Assembly (NCBI RefSeq): GCF_001194135.2
Contig: NC_068992.1
Coordinates: forward strand, 32,871,993 to 32,930,560
Direction of reading: 5' to 3'
Length of the DNA stretch: 58,568 bases
Source: Octopus bimaculoides
Lineage: Eukaryota
The position numbers were made by a program, and so were the translations under genes. The notes under the pieces were generated by a model. It made no database searches and was not told where the DNA came from. It was given only the letters and a program-made list of their open reading frames with translations. Positions 1 to 11,700 of this stretch are shown here, piece by piece. Within the stretch, counting starts at the first letter, position 1. Each line of letters begins with the position of its first letter.

Positions 1-260
1 CGAAAGGTACAGAAATAATTGATTCTCGAACGCGGAAACATGCTAACAGAATAGCAGGAACAAGATAGAATATCTATATTTTGGCACAAAAATTTGCTAG
101 TCACATTATTCTGCGTTTGAGAATAAATTATTTCTGTGTGTATATATATATATATATACGACGAGCTTCTTTCAGTTCTATATTTAAGGGATGAGGAATT
201 ATGCACATTATTCATATTATTTATATTTGACGGATATTAGTCCTCATCCTGTTTGTGGTT

Positions 261-302
261 AACACAACGTTTCGGCTGATATACCCTCCAGCCTTCGTCA
301 GG
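261..302 (-). ncRNA. Minimal type I hammerhead ribozyme core, 5' strand of stem I missing
   Basis: Minus strand reads CTGACGA-A-GGCTG(gagggtatat)CAGCC-GAAA-CGT-T-GTGTT: core intact, perfect 5-bp stem II, ACGU palindromic stem III. Confidence 0.7.
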
Positions 303-373
303 GTATATGGCGTAGTGGTTAAGAGCGCGGGCTACTAACCCCAAGATTCCGATTTCGATTCCAGGCAGTGACC

Positions 374-431
<58 letters not shown>

Positions 432-480
432 CATAAAAAAAAACGTTAGGAATGAGAACCAAATTTCAAAATTTCCCCAA

Positions 481-526
481 GAGTCCTGATGAAGGCTGGA
501 GGTTATATCAACCGAAACGTTGTGTT
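481..526 (+). ncRNA. Minimal type I hammerhead ribozyme, degenerate stems
   Basis: GAGTC-CTGATGA-A-GGCTG(gaggttatat)CAACC-GAAA-CGT-T-GTGTT. Core intact, one mismatch in stem II, only 3 of 5 stem I pairs form. Confidence 0.65.
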
Positions 527-597
527 AGCAACATTTCGGCTGATATGCCCTCAAGATGAGGACAAATATCTGTCAAATATGAATAATGTAATTAATA

Positions 598-756
598 AGC
601 TTCTTTCAGTTTCCCTCTTCCAGATCTACTCACAAGGCTTTGGTCGAACCGAGGCTATAGGAGAAGAGACATGAACAAGGTGCCACACAGTGGGACTGAA
701 CCTGGAATCATGTGGTTCAGAAGCAAGCTTCTTACCACACAGCAACGCCTGCGCCT
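598..756 (-). mobile_element. tRNA-derived SINE, family A (its 3' end at 157-177 is split off by the insertion above)
   Basis: Minus strand AGGCGCAGGCGTTGCTGTGTGGTAAGAAGCTTGC...CCAGGTTCAGTCCCACTGTGTGGCACCTTG...GAAACTGAAAGAAGC. The same motif order recurs at 2003, 4490, 13120, 19529 and 48192. Confidence 0.85.
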
Positions 757-1084
757 TTTACGATGATCCCACTATTTCTCGATAGTTATTTGAGGCGTCG
801 CAGCCAATGTTGTTTGCGCTATCTATATATTGTAAGTATGGTACCTATATATGGCATGAACGCTTTTATATGAGCATGTAATTAGCTAACCTCTATTGTA
901 AAAGAGTCTATGAAATTTGATTTAAGAATAATTTAGAATGGGACGAAACGTTTGTGCGCGATTCTTTGGATGCTGGCGAGTTGGAACACCTGGCTGGATA
1001 TTGACACTGTTTTGGCGACGGCGTTTTTAGTGACAGTCGATGTTGGCACTAAATGCAGCATGCGCGTAGAAATATACACTAAAG

Positions 1085-1116
1085 ATAGAGTGAGAGAGAG
1101 AAAGAGAGAGTAAAAC

Positions 1117-1157
<41 letters not shown>
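1085..1157 (+). repeat. (GA)n purine microsatellite
   Basis: Directly visible. Confidence 0.95.
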
Positions 1158-1158
<1 letters not shown>

Positions 1159-1379
1159 AGGTCCCAATTTCTCAATTGAACTTGATAGACATAAATATTC
1201 CTCCTCTCCTCATACACATAAAGAGAAATTCGCTCACACACATAATCACAGAGAGATGGAGAGAAAACGAAATAATTATTAAAACGTATTGAATGATCCC
1301 GAACGTTACAAATATGTCCTGTCTTCACATATACAAAAGCAAACTGAGTGAGGGATCGAAAGAGATGCGTTTGTAACAA

Positions 1380-1920
1380 NNNNNNNNNNNNNNNNNNNNN
1401 NNNNNNNNNNNNNNNNNNNNNNNNNNNNNNNNNNNNNNNNNNNNNNNNNNNNNNNNNNNNNNNNNNNNNNNNNNNNNNNNNNNNNNNNNNNNNNNNNNNN
1501 NNNNNNNNNNNNNNNNNNNNNNNNNNNNNNNNNNNNNNNNNNNNNNNNNNNNNNNNNNNNNNNNNNNNNNNNNNNNNNNNNNNNNNNNNNNNNNNNNNNN
1601 NNNNNNNNNNNNNNNNNNNNNNNNNNNNNNNNNNNNNNNNNNNNNNNNNNNNNNNNNNNNNNNNNNNNNNNNNNNNNNNNNNNNNNNNNNNNNNNNNNNN
1701 NNNNNNNNNNNNNNNNNNNNNNNNNNNNNNNNNNNNNNNNNNNNNNNNNNNNNNNNNNNNNNNNNNNNNNNNNNNNNNNNNNNNNNNNNNNNNNNNNNNN
1801 NNNNNNNNNNNNNNNNNNNNNNNNNNNNNNNNNNNNNNNNNNNNNNNNNNNNNNNNNNNNNNNNNNNNNNNNNNNNNNNNNNNNNNNNNNNNNNNNNNNN
1901 NNNNNNNNNNNNNNNNNNNN
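1380..1920. other. Assembly gap; further gaps at 19740-20510, 22080-22809, 24534-25037, 28387-29016, 32433-32516, 45348-45970, 47300-47892, 51398-51607, 53799-54708, 55864-56063
   Basis: Runs of N, mostly bordered by (CA)n, (TG)n or (TA)n, typical of a short-read assembly. Confidence 1.
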
Positions 1921-1989
<69 letters not shown>

Positions 1990-2002
1990 CATATATATGG
2001 TG

Positions 2003-2157
2003 TGCTTCTTTCAGTTTCCCTCTTCCAAATCTGCTCTCAAGGTTTTGGGCGAACCGAGGCTATAGCAGAAGACACTTGAACAAGGTGCCACGCAGTGGGA
2101 CTGAACCTGGAATCATGTCGTTCAGAAGCAAGCTTCTTACCACACAGCTACGCCTCC
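2003..2157 (-). mobile_element. SINE family A copy
   Basis: Collinear with 598-756. Confidence 0.85.
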
Positions 2158-3117
2158 GTCTTTTACGTTGAACCCACCATTTGTCGATGGCTGCTTGAGG
2201 AGTTGCAAAATATTATTCTATCTTTAATAGATCCACCCTTTAACTATCTTGTTCTGCCCCACCCAACTTCGAATCTATCATAGCAACCTCTAATAAACAA
2301 AAGCTTTCTCTCTACTATCATAACTCAAATAGTTAAAACTCTAGATACACGAACGCTCAACATGCACACAGCTCCAGCACGGAAACTATTAATTAGACCA
2401 CAACCACAACCCAACCCCCTCCTACTAGCACTACCCGGAACAGTAATAATAACAATAATAGTAATAATAACGTTAATAATACTAATAGTTTGGACCTTTC
2501 TACCCACTTCTCTAACCTCTGCTCGGACAATACTGCCTCCTCCATTCCTGAAAACAATCTACCGTCCTGGAGTCATCTGCCCTTTACAAACCCATTGTAG
2601 AAGATATAATGTAATATATAAATGCACTGTCCTTAACACATTACACAGTTCTACAGCCATATATATATATAGGATGAACCATAAATTTTAAACAGTGACA
2701 TGCCGCTCACTATTCTTTTAGATATGATAAACATAGTAAATCTACAACACTCGCAGTCACATACATCATCTCAAAATTACAAATATACCCTATACCTTGT
2801 CATGGTCCATATTAAATTGAAGGCTTCTTTACCAAGGTCAACGCTCACCCTGCAAGCTTTACCTGAAGGAAGCCCTCCACATATTAAAGCATAACTCTTC
2901 AACACGTCTAAATATACATAATGAGACCCTAAGCACATGCAACCACCGCTTTTTTCATACCTTCAAATTCTACCACAAATTTAAATGCCTAAATAACCAT
3001 ACAATATACATCCACAATGTCCCGTAGGTAATCCTTAACAACCTTATGAATCTCCATTTTAAATTCTAATCCTTATCTAACTCCCCCATTCTTACTTTAG
3101 GATCACAATCATTTAAT

Positions 3118-3241
3118 TATATATGTGTGTGTGTATGTATGTATGTATGTATGTATGGATGGATGGATGGATGGATGGATGTATGTATGCATGCATGTAT
3201 GCATGTATGTATGTATGTATGTATGTATGTATGCGGCTGTG

Positions 3242-3279
<38 letters not shown>

Positions 3280-3503
3280 TAAACATATAAACGGATACAT
3301 GTGAGCATGTATGAGTAGATATATGTGTATATATGAATATCTATATGTGTGTGTGTGTGTGTGTGTCTGTGTGTGTGTGTGTGTACGCAAGCAAAAATGT
3401 ATATATACAAAAATAGACACGTGGGAGCGTGTATATGTGTGAATGCGTGTGAACATACATGAGTTTGCATGCGTATGTATGTGTTGAAGTATATATGTAT
3501 ATA

Positions 3504-3556
<53 letters not shown>

Positions 3557-3590
3557 GCGTGTATGTAGGTACGTATGTGTGTATACATAT
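3118..3590. repeat. Compound microsatellite (TATG/GATG/TA/TG)
   Basis: Directly visible; source of the His/Thr- and Cys/Val-rich spurious ORFs. Confidence 0.95.
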
Positions 3591-4368
3591 TCACAGATAT
3601 ACATTCTTTCTTTTCCTATGTATCACTAACCTATCACACATGTCTGCTTATAGCAACTTGACTTATATTCTTCATTCCACCACAGTTTTTACTACCAAAA
3701 CTAATACCCACTTACACATCACCCTACGCTTTCCTTCTCTCTACCTTCTCTCTACCATCCCATAATGCAGCTCTATCACAGCACCCCTATTCACATACCT
3801 CACACTCTTTTACTCCTTATTTTCTTATCTCTTCCTCTCTCTCCCCCTCACCTCTCTCTCCCTCTCACCTCTCTACCCCCCTCACCTCTCCCTTCCTCCT
3901 CACTTTATCCTGACCACTAGCTAACACACTCTGTCTCATTTCATTTCGTTCCCTCGTTCTTCATTTCTATTTTGTCTCCTTCCCTTTGATTTATTTCTTT
4001 TTCCTCCCATTCACTACCTGTTTTTGATTTGACCTATCTCCTCTTTCTAATCATACACATCTCTCCTCCTCTCATCTATCCATTAATATTACAAACACAT
4101 TCTCAAATTTTAATTCTCACAAAAAAAACCTCGATCGAACAACGCTGTTTACAAGGCTCTATGCTTTAATGACCAAATATAACTAACATTGGAACTCATA
4201 CACAAGGTACAGGAAACTTCTTCACCACTTATATAAACCATTCTAGTTGAATAATGGAACTGAAAATACAATATCCTTATGTGTCTCTCTTCTATTTTCA
4301 TTCTCTTACTACCCTCTGTATTTCATATCTTCTCTACAATAATTAATACTCAAACATTTTCTCACACC

Positions 4369-4416
4369 GTCTCTGATGAAGGAATATATAAAATATCCCG
4401 GAAACAGCTGTAAGAC
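4369..4416 (+). ncRNA. Type I hammerhead ribozyme in the Penelope pLTR
   Basis: GTCT-CTGATGA-A-GGAATAT(ataaa)ATATCCC-G-GAAA-CAGCTG-T-A-AGAC. Stem I GTCT/AGAC, palindromic stem III ACAGCTGT, GUA cleavage triplet. Confidence 0.75.
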
Positions 4417-4876
4417 CTTTGCTTTATAAATGTTCTGAAAACTATTTACAGCCTTGGATTTTTATCTCATCTGTCAATTTATATATATATCGTCTCACAA
4501 GGAATTAGTTGGTCCAGAGTTATGATATAAGACACTAGACGAAAGTGCCTTCCAGAAGGATTGAACCCGAAACCAGATGGTTAAAAAGCAAACTTCTTAA
4601 CCATAAAACTAAAATTTTCACGGAGCCAAAACTCCTCGGAGTTAAAATATCTTATGTTATATAATCACCACGAAGCCAGTGACACCAAACAGGCGGGACC
4701 AAGATGTTTGGTACTAGATTTAGAATGTAGGTGGTTCTATGTTTAGCTAGCCTGAGTGTGTCAGGAATTATTACTGCGTGAATGTGGAATACCGTGTGTC
4801 TTGAAAATTCGTTAGTTTAATTACGATAATCTAATGTTAGTAATATTGTACTGCAGCAGGTGCCCCCCCCCCTGGG

Positions 4877-5072
4877 AGAATCGTTATTGCGCTTGGTAAG
4901 ATGCTTAGCGCCGTTTCATCCATCTTTAGATTCTGAGTTCATATTCTGCTGAGATCAACTTTTCTTTTCATCCTTTCGGCGTCGTTAAAACAAGTGCCAG
5001 TTGAGCACTGGGATCGATGTAATTGACTTACCACTCCCCGAACTTGCTGGCCTAGTGCCAAAATTTGAAGAC
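4877..5072 (+). mobile_element. tRNA-derived SINE, family B (central TTTCATCCTTTCGGGGTCGATAAA..GTACCAG domain, possibly Meta-type)
   Basis: AGAATCGTTA...ATGCTTAGCG...GAGTTCA(A/T)ATTC...TTTTCATCCTTTCGG...GTGCCAAAATTTGAA. Other copies: 9031-9233(-), 9669-9875, 10101-10310(+), 12485-12672(-), 12685-12881(-), 26590-26790(-), 31915-32020(+), 41500-42516(+, five copies), 50312-50447(+). Confidence 0.85.
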
Positions 5073-6354
5073 ACTATGTTTTGTATTGGTTACAAAGTTT
5101 AATTTGTATGTTGTGCGTTTATTTTAAAATTCATGCAGTGCAACCCTGCGAGATTACAAATCTCTATCATTTTAGTTCTTCTTGGTAGCATTGCATTTTG
5201 TTTTTCTGTTTTGCAATACAATAACATTGTGTATTGTATTTTTCTTGGGTATTTGTAAATCATGTAGTTTGTTAGCATGAGTGCAATTTGTTTTTCTTTT
5301 TTGTACAAGCCATACTTTTGTCGAGGTTTTATAGCCCCCGAATTGTGTCGTTTCAGAGGCAATGTCATGTCTGATGTCATTCACAAATGCTAAGTTAAAC
5401 ATTTTTGAGCGTTGTGAATTCACCGCTTGACCGCCTACTCTTGCCATATGCAATATTTCTTCTTTCCTCACATATCTTATTTGTTCTGCATTTGTTTACA
5501 CCAATTTCGAAATGGTAGGTTATATGTAAAGACGATTTGGCTAGAATATCTTGGAACTCACAGTCTATAAAGTGATATGTTCTGTGATTTGGGCCCCTAT
5601 GCGCTTTTTTTAACTGGACACTGATTGTGCTGGGTATATGCTATGAGAGGTGCATAATATTATTTGGTGGAGTTTATGTAGAATGTGAGTTGTGAGCTGT
5701 TGATTTTACACAATCGAGTATCGATTTTATGAGAGTATGTGGTGATTTATTTTATTAAATGGTATTCTAATAAATGTGTCTTTAATGCGATGCTCCTAGT
5801 TTTATTTAATTTGTTCTCTCTGATGAAACTGTATTTTTACGTCTTAACTGTATTTATGAACTATTTTTAGTAAGTCTTATTGCTGAGTATTATTCCTTGT
5901 ATATATGTTTAAGACATCTTCATAGAGGTGATAACGTATAGCTTGTGTGTATACCATATAATGAAACCACTGATAGTTTCTTTATGTGGTAAATGAGTCA
6001 GTGCTAAGTAGAAATGTAGAGGGAATCAGAAGTATCTGCGGAATTTTGTTTTCTGTTGGTATTTGTCTGGTTTTTATTATCTTTTGCATAAATTTACATT
6101 GTATTGGTATTGATGTTTCCAGTTTTGACATGTACTATGTTCATGTACTATGCTGCTATTAGAGAAACTTATGTAAGTAAAGTTATTTACAGTATTCAGG
6201 TGTAGTATACTATCAAATATTTTTTCAGATATCAATCCTTTCCATGCAAAAACGTTTTTTTTTTATTTGTGCTCAATAATTATTGTTGTTGTTTTCATTT
6301 ATAATATAAAACAATGATATTAATAATCATATAAAATAATGATGATAATAATAA

Positions 6355-8828
6355 ATGAAAGACCAAGAAGTAGAACAGCCAAATAACACAAACCAGGATG
6401 AAGCAAAATGCATAAGTGATATATTCGAAGCCAAGGACGAGGCTGCGAGAAAAAATAAAAGCATTACTTAGGTAAGTAAAACTGACACCAGCGACTTAAG
6501 TGGGTTAGATCAGAAAATCTTAGATGAGCTGAAGGATGTAATGAGTTAAGAAGAAAGAAAAAAGATTACCAGCAATAAAAGACATTAAGAGATGGAAGTT
6601 GCTGGATATTACAAAGTGAGTAGATTTTGTTATCAGTAGAATTGATACTAGAAATATAAGCAACGCTAACTGAGTGTTTTAAGCAGGAGAGGTAGTAGTT
6701 ACTAGCAGACTAGATATTTCTCAAAAGATGAACAGGAAGGATGAGACGTGGACAGGATATTAGAAAATAAAGTGAAAACTTCATGAGAACATATGAGTTG
6801 AGTAGAAATCTGAAACAGGACAAGTTAAGAAACACAAGATTAAAATTTTTCTTGAAAAAGAATACTTAATCAAAGCGAAAGGCATTGGTACATTCATAGA
6901 AGAGCTGAAACAGCATGTCATAGTAATAGTAGATAAGATTTCCAGATATCAGAAAAGAATAGATCAGTATCAACAGAATAGAATGTTTGAGACAAACCAA
7001 TTACACTACTGAAGTTGAGAGGCCAAATGCAGAAGAAGCTAAAAGGTTGTAGAGTGATACATGGGATAAGCCAGTTATTCATAAAGGGGATGCAGCATGG
7101 TTAAAGTAATTGAAGAAGGAAGTAGTTAGTGAGAAGCAGCCATATCTAAAACTAACAAGTGCATTAATGAATAACGTGTTAGAAAGAATGCCGAATTGGA
7201 AAAGCCCAGGACCAGATTGAGTTCAAGGGAACTGGTTAAAGAAATTTAGCAGGTTACATAAGAGAATGAGGAAACAACTTCAGGGTTGTTTGAATAGAGG
7301 AATCATACCTAAGTTGATGTACTGAGAGAAAACAGTACTTCTTATGAAAGACAATAATAAGGGCAATATAATTAGTAATTATAGAACAATCACTTGCTTA
7401 GCACTGGTGTGGAAGCTGTTAAGAGGAATGCACTCAGAAAGCATTTATGAGCACTTTGACTGCAAGAGCTTACTTCCAGAAGAACAGAAATGTTACAGGA
7501 AGAAGACTAAAGAAGTGCGTGATCTATTATACCCAACCAAGGCAGTTCTGAAAGACGTGAAATTTAGGAAGAAAAGTTTAACAGTAGCTTGGATAGATTA
7601 TAAACAAGCTGATGACATAATTCCACAGTCATGGATAAGTGAATATTTGAGTATATTCCTTATCGCAGACAACATAAGAGGGTTAATTAACTATAGCATG
7701 AAGAAATGGATAGTAGATATTTACTCATGTGATACAGCCTTAAGGAAAGTTAACATCAAGAAAGGAATTTTCAAAGGAAACTCATCATCCCCTTTAATAT
7801 TTGTACTGTGTTTAATCCCCCTGAATTCATTATTAAGAAATACAAAAGCAGAGTATCAGTGTAGAGATAGTAAAGGAAAAATTAGCCAGTTGCTCTACAT
7901 GGATGAATTGATGCTTTTTAGTAAAATAAAAAATAGATTCCTTAATAGAAACTGTAAAACTCTTCAGCAAAGATATAGGTATGGGATTTGACATAGATAA
8001 GTGCACAATATTAGTCATAAAAAGGTACTCAGTTACCAGATGACCAGACATTAAAATCATTGAAAGAAGGGTAAAGTGATAAGTACCTAGGAGTATTAGA
8101 ATTTGACAGAGTAATAACTATAGGAATGAAAGCATAAGTTGAAAACGAGTACAACAAAAGGATGAGGAAGTTAATGAAGTCAAAGCTACACGGTTTGAAT
8201 CTAATGAAGGCAGCAAATACTTGGGCAGTATCGTTACATAGCTATTCGCAAGCTTTTTGTAGATTAGAGAAAATCTGAATTAGCAAATCTAGACAGAACT
8301 AAAAAGGAATTCAATAAGAATGGAGGACTTCATCTTAGTGCTGGAGTAGCAAGATTGCATTTACCTAGAAAAGAAAGGGGTGGAAGTTTAATATTAGTAG
8401 AAGACTGTCGAGTTAGCTAAAATAGATTTAGAATCCTATGTAGGTGTTAGTGAGAAGTGTTGTAAAGAGTTGCTAGTTTGACATTAGAAGATATTAAGCC
8501 AAGAGACTAAATGTAGCTACAATTCAGAAAAAAGAAACAAGATTATCTGATTAGCGAGAGAATGACTTACATGCTATATTTCCAAAGATAGTTGCAGAAA
8601 ATAGTAATAGTAAGATATGTTTGTGGCTACAGAAATGAAATCTGAAAATGGAGACAAAACGTTTGTTAGTAGCAGCACAAGATCAAGTATTGAGAACTAA
8701 TTGGATAAAAGCCAAGATATACAAAATCAGTCAAATTCCCAATGTAGGTTATGAAAAGCAAAGGAAGTTACTGGCTGTATCCTAATGTTAGGAATCTTTG
8801 GTAACAGTCTGATCTGTTATGTGCAAAT
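6355..8828 (+). mobile_element. Decayed R4/Dong-clade non-LTR retrotransposon, 5' truncated, endonuclease region deleted
   Basis: MPNWKSPGPD*VQGNWLKKF at about 7190. ORF 7344-7991 carries NYRTITCL..WKLL, LLPEEQK, AWIDY, GIFKGNSSSP and LLYMDE (YMDD). AAQDQVLRTN at about 8670. Ends at an (AAT)n tract. Confidence 0.85.
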
Positions 8829-8830
8829 GA

Positions 8831-8914
<84 letters not shown>

Positions 8915-8948
8915 TATGATAATGATGATGATGATGATGATGATGATG

Positions 8949-9030
<82 letters not shown>
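8829..9030 (+). repeat. (AAT)n/(GAT)n microsatellite, about 200 bp
   Basis: Directly visible; contiguous with the (ATT)n tail of the minus-strand SINE B at 9031. Confidence 0.95.
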
Positions 9031-9031
<1 letters not shown>

Positions 9032-9233
9032 CCTTTCTATTATAGGCACAAGACCTGAAATTTGGGGGGAAGGGACTAGCTAATTACATCGAGCCCAGTG
9101 CGGAAGTGGTACTTATTTCATACACCCTAAAAGGATGAAAGGCAAAGTTAACTTTGAAGGAATTTGAACTCAGTACGTAAAAACAGACGAAATGCCGCTA
9201 AGCATTTTACCCGGCGTGCTAACGATTGTGCCA
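9031..9233 (-). mobile_element. SINE family B, near full length
   Basis: Reverse complement has head, central domain and GTGCCTATAATAGAAAGGA(TTA)n tail. Confidence 0.85.
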
Positions 9234-11495
9234 TGAACATGTTAAGTTCTGCTATTTATTTCCAGTTAATAAATTAAAAACATACAGGAAGTATGACGGC
9301 GACGAAGCAGGATTATGTATGTTTATAAAACATTTTAAGTATATATGTGAAACACTTCCTGCGTCTCATATATTAATTGCATATTCTAAAGGATTTTAAA
9401 TACTATAGCATAGAGTTACACAATCATTGACCTCATCAGAGACACTCTGTCGCATGTGTAAATCATAGATAATACTTCTGCCTGTTAAATTACCATTAAA
9501 CTAAGATACCAGCTGGATCAATGCTAACGATTACTAAATTTAGCTGAATAGTAGCAATTTGATATATTTTGTACATATATGTGTCAAATTACTGCTTTGT
9601 CGCCGTCAAACTTCTTGTATATATTTAATTTATAAAGTGGAAATAAATAGTAGAACTTAACATGTTAATGGCACAATCGTTAGCACGCAGGGCAAAATGC
9701 TTCGCATCATTCCGTCTGTCTTTACGTTCTGAGTTCAAATTCCTTCAAATAATTATAGGCACAAGGCCTGAAATTTGGGGGGATGGGACTAGTCAGTTAC
9801 ATTGACACCAGAGCGGAATTGGTACTTATTTCATCGTCGTCGAAAGGATGAAAGGCAAAGTCAACTTTGAAGGAAAAAGAATATTTCTAATTGCAGTCAG
9901 TTCTGAAGAAATATTCTTTCAAAAGTGAAATAAAAATTGCCTATCATTGCTGACATTTCAATGACTCTTCTTTCTCCGAACTTCCAGAAAACTTTGCTGC
10001 GCATGGAACGTTTTCCTGGATTAGGATATTAGTTCCTTGGTAGATCTGTATCAAAAGAAAACTGATTGTTTTGAAGTTACGAAAATTATACAACGCAAAT
10101 GGCGGTGAGTTGATGAAATCGTTAGGACGCCGGACAAAATGCTTAGCGGCGCTTGATCTGCCTTTACGTTCAGAGTCTAAATTCCACCGACTTCTGCCTT
10201 TTATCCCTTTTGGGGGTCAATAAAATAGATACCAATTGATCACTGGAGACTTTGCAATCGTCTTACCCACTCCACCGAAATTACTGGCCCTTATTCCAAA
10301 ATTTGAAAAAGAAACAGAAAGAAAAAATGACTGAACTGATTTATTCCCCCCTGAGACTGCTGTGAAAATCAATTCTTGAATCAAGTATTGATATTTAAAA
10401 ACCATATTGCAAAATGATCATTGATGCTGGTACACCGAGTAATGTACATGAATTCATCGGAAAATACAAAGAAAATAGGGTAATGTAATCTATGAACGTG
10501 CATGACTTAACATGAGTTGCTATTTGACGCCCAGATGAGCAGCAGCCACTTGTCACCAGAACAATAACATTTTACTGATTTCACTGATTTTTTATAATTT
10601 TATCTCAAACGCCAAGCTCTAGGTTATTTCTGTGAACAGCATAGTTCACTAATTGAAGCAGCAACATTGTGGAATTGTTGCATATTTCATTTGCTTTATT
10701 TTCCTTTTTTCCTGTTGCTTTTGGGGATCCGTAGGAAAAGGTAACGTTGACATGCTGAAATCGTGCTTAGAAAAAAATGAGCTATCGCTTAGTTGTTTCA
10801 CGTCATGAAAATTGGGCATAAAATCATATAGACATGTTCATGTGTTGCAAGAAGAATTAAAACTAACATTTAACACACAAATATTGTTTTGCTAGAAAAT
10901 TTTGCATTGAAAAAAATAACAGCACAGTAATTTTAATATAGTTCAAATATTCAATAAATTCATTTGTTTATTTGAGTTATTTGTCACTTTTCTCTATCTT
11001 TTTCAAGTGCATGCATTTAAATACTGATAAGGAGTGATCTAACAAACTATACAACTTTTGAACAGATGATACCCGATCACGAGATTTTTCCAAGCATTCA
11101 ATACCTATTTTTGAGTAATTTTCATGCCGAGCAAATGAAAATAAGATGACACAGTTATTACACAAGTGGGGCATGTATCAGGATCAAAGCATACCGTTTA
11201 TTGATTTTCATTTTCAATATTTCCTGTAGTGAACGAAGGAGACTGACGAAAATTTCTGAAATTGAGAATAAATGTTATATACGTTGTAACCTTATATTTT
11301 TATGATCCCTAACCCTATATTGCTAGTGTTGTCTCATTTTCATCTCTAAATATATAGTAGAGTGATCGCTATAGCTAAGCATTTCATCCACAAATGTGTG
11401 ACCATTAATTCAGGTGGCGATAAAGATAATAGCTACATATATGATTTCAACCTACATTCTTCTTAAAAGAATCAAATTTTGTGATCTTTAATCAG

Positions 11496-11700
11496 TGATT
11501 GTTGTTATGGTTTAAGCCCGTTACAAGCGTTATCAAGCAAACCTATATTGAAAGTGGTTGCAACAATAACTATACGGTCTATTTAAGGGTGTCATGAAGT
11601 ATGTTATCTAATGTATACACCATTTTTGACAAGATGATACAGTAGGATTCGTGAGGAATTTGAATGATATATCTAGGAGCAACCTTGAAAAGAGCTAAAG
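11496..11700 (+). repeat. Degenerate interspersed repeat; related pieces at about 13745-13790 and 14065-14085
   Basis: Loosely shared motifs TTTAAGCCC/TTTAACCCCAGGTCAG and GAATTTGAATGATATATCTAG/GTTTCGGTTGCTATTTCTAG. Confidence 0.35.

Larger units (their letters stand above)
178..597. mobile_element. Composite insertion: inverted 3' part (178-302, minus) plus forward tRNA-headed element with (AAT)n and hammerhead-bearing tail (304-597)
   Basis: 178-302 is the reverse complement of the tail seen at 485-597. A-box TGGCGTAGTGG at 308-318, degenerate B-box ATTTCGATTCC at 352-362, (AAT)n at about 376-430. AGCTTCTTTCAGTT is duplicated at 164-177 and 598-611. Confidence 0.8.
2330..4440 (+). mobile_element. 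Decayed Penelope-like element, 3' portion: GIY-YIG endonuclease remnant, 3' UTR and pLTR hammerhead
   Basis: Frameshifted translation of about 2575-2970: CPLQTHCRRYNVIYKCTV...YIG*T...HYSFRYDKHSKSTTL...HIHHLKITNIPYTLSWSIL...CKLYLKEALHILKHNSSTRLNIHNETLSTCNH, which matches the PLE EN C-terminal pattern. Pyrimidine-rich UTR follows, then an HHR at 4369. Confidence 0.8.

Noticed and set aside
304-365. tRNA gene
   Set aside because: No acceptor-stem pairing and a degenerate B-box; it is a SINE-type head, as are the other tRNA-like heads.
5099-6150. Minus-strand ORFs (EILHMARVGGQAVNSQRS...) with a faint C..H..C pattern, possibly an L1/Tx1 C-terminus
   Set aside because: Too many stops and no diagnostic motif I can recognise; needs tBLASTx against a repeat library.
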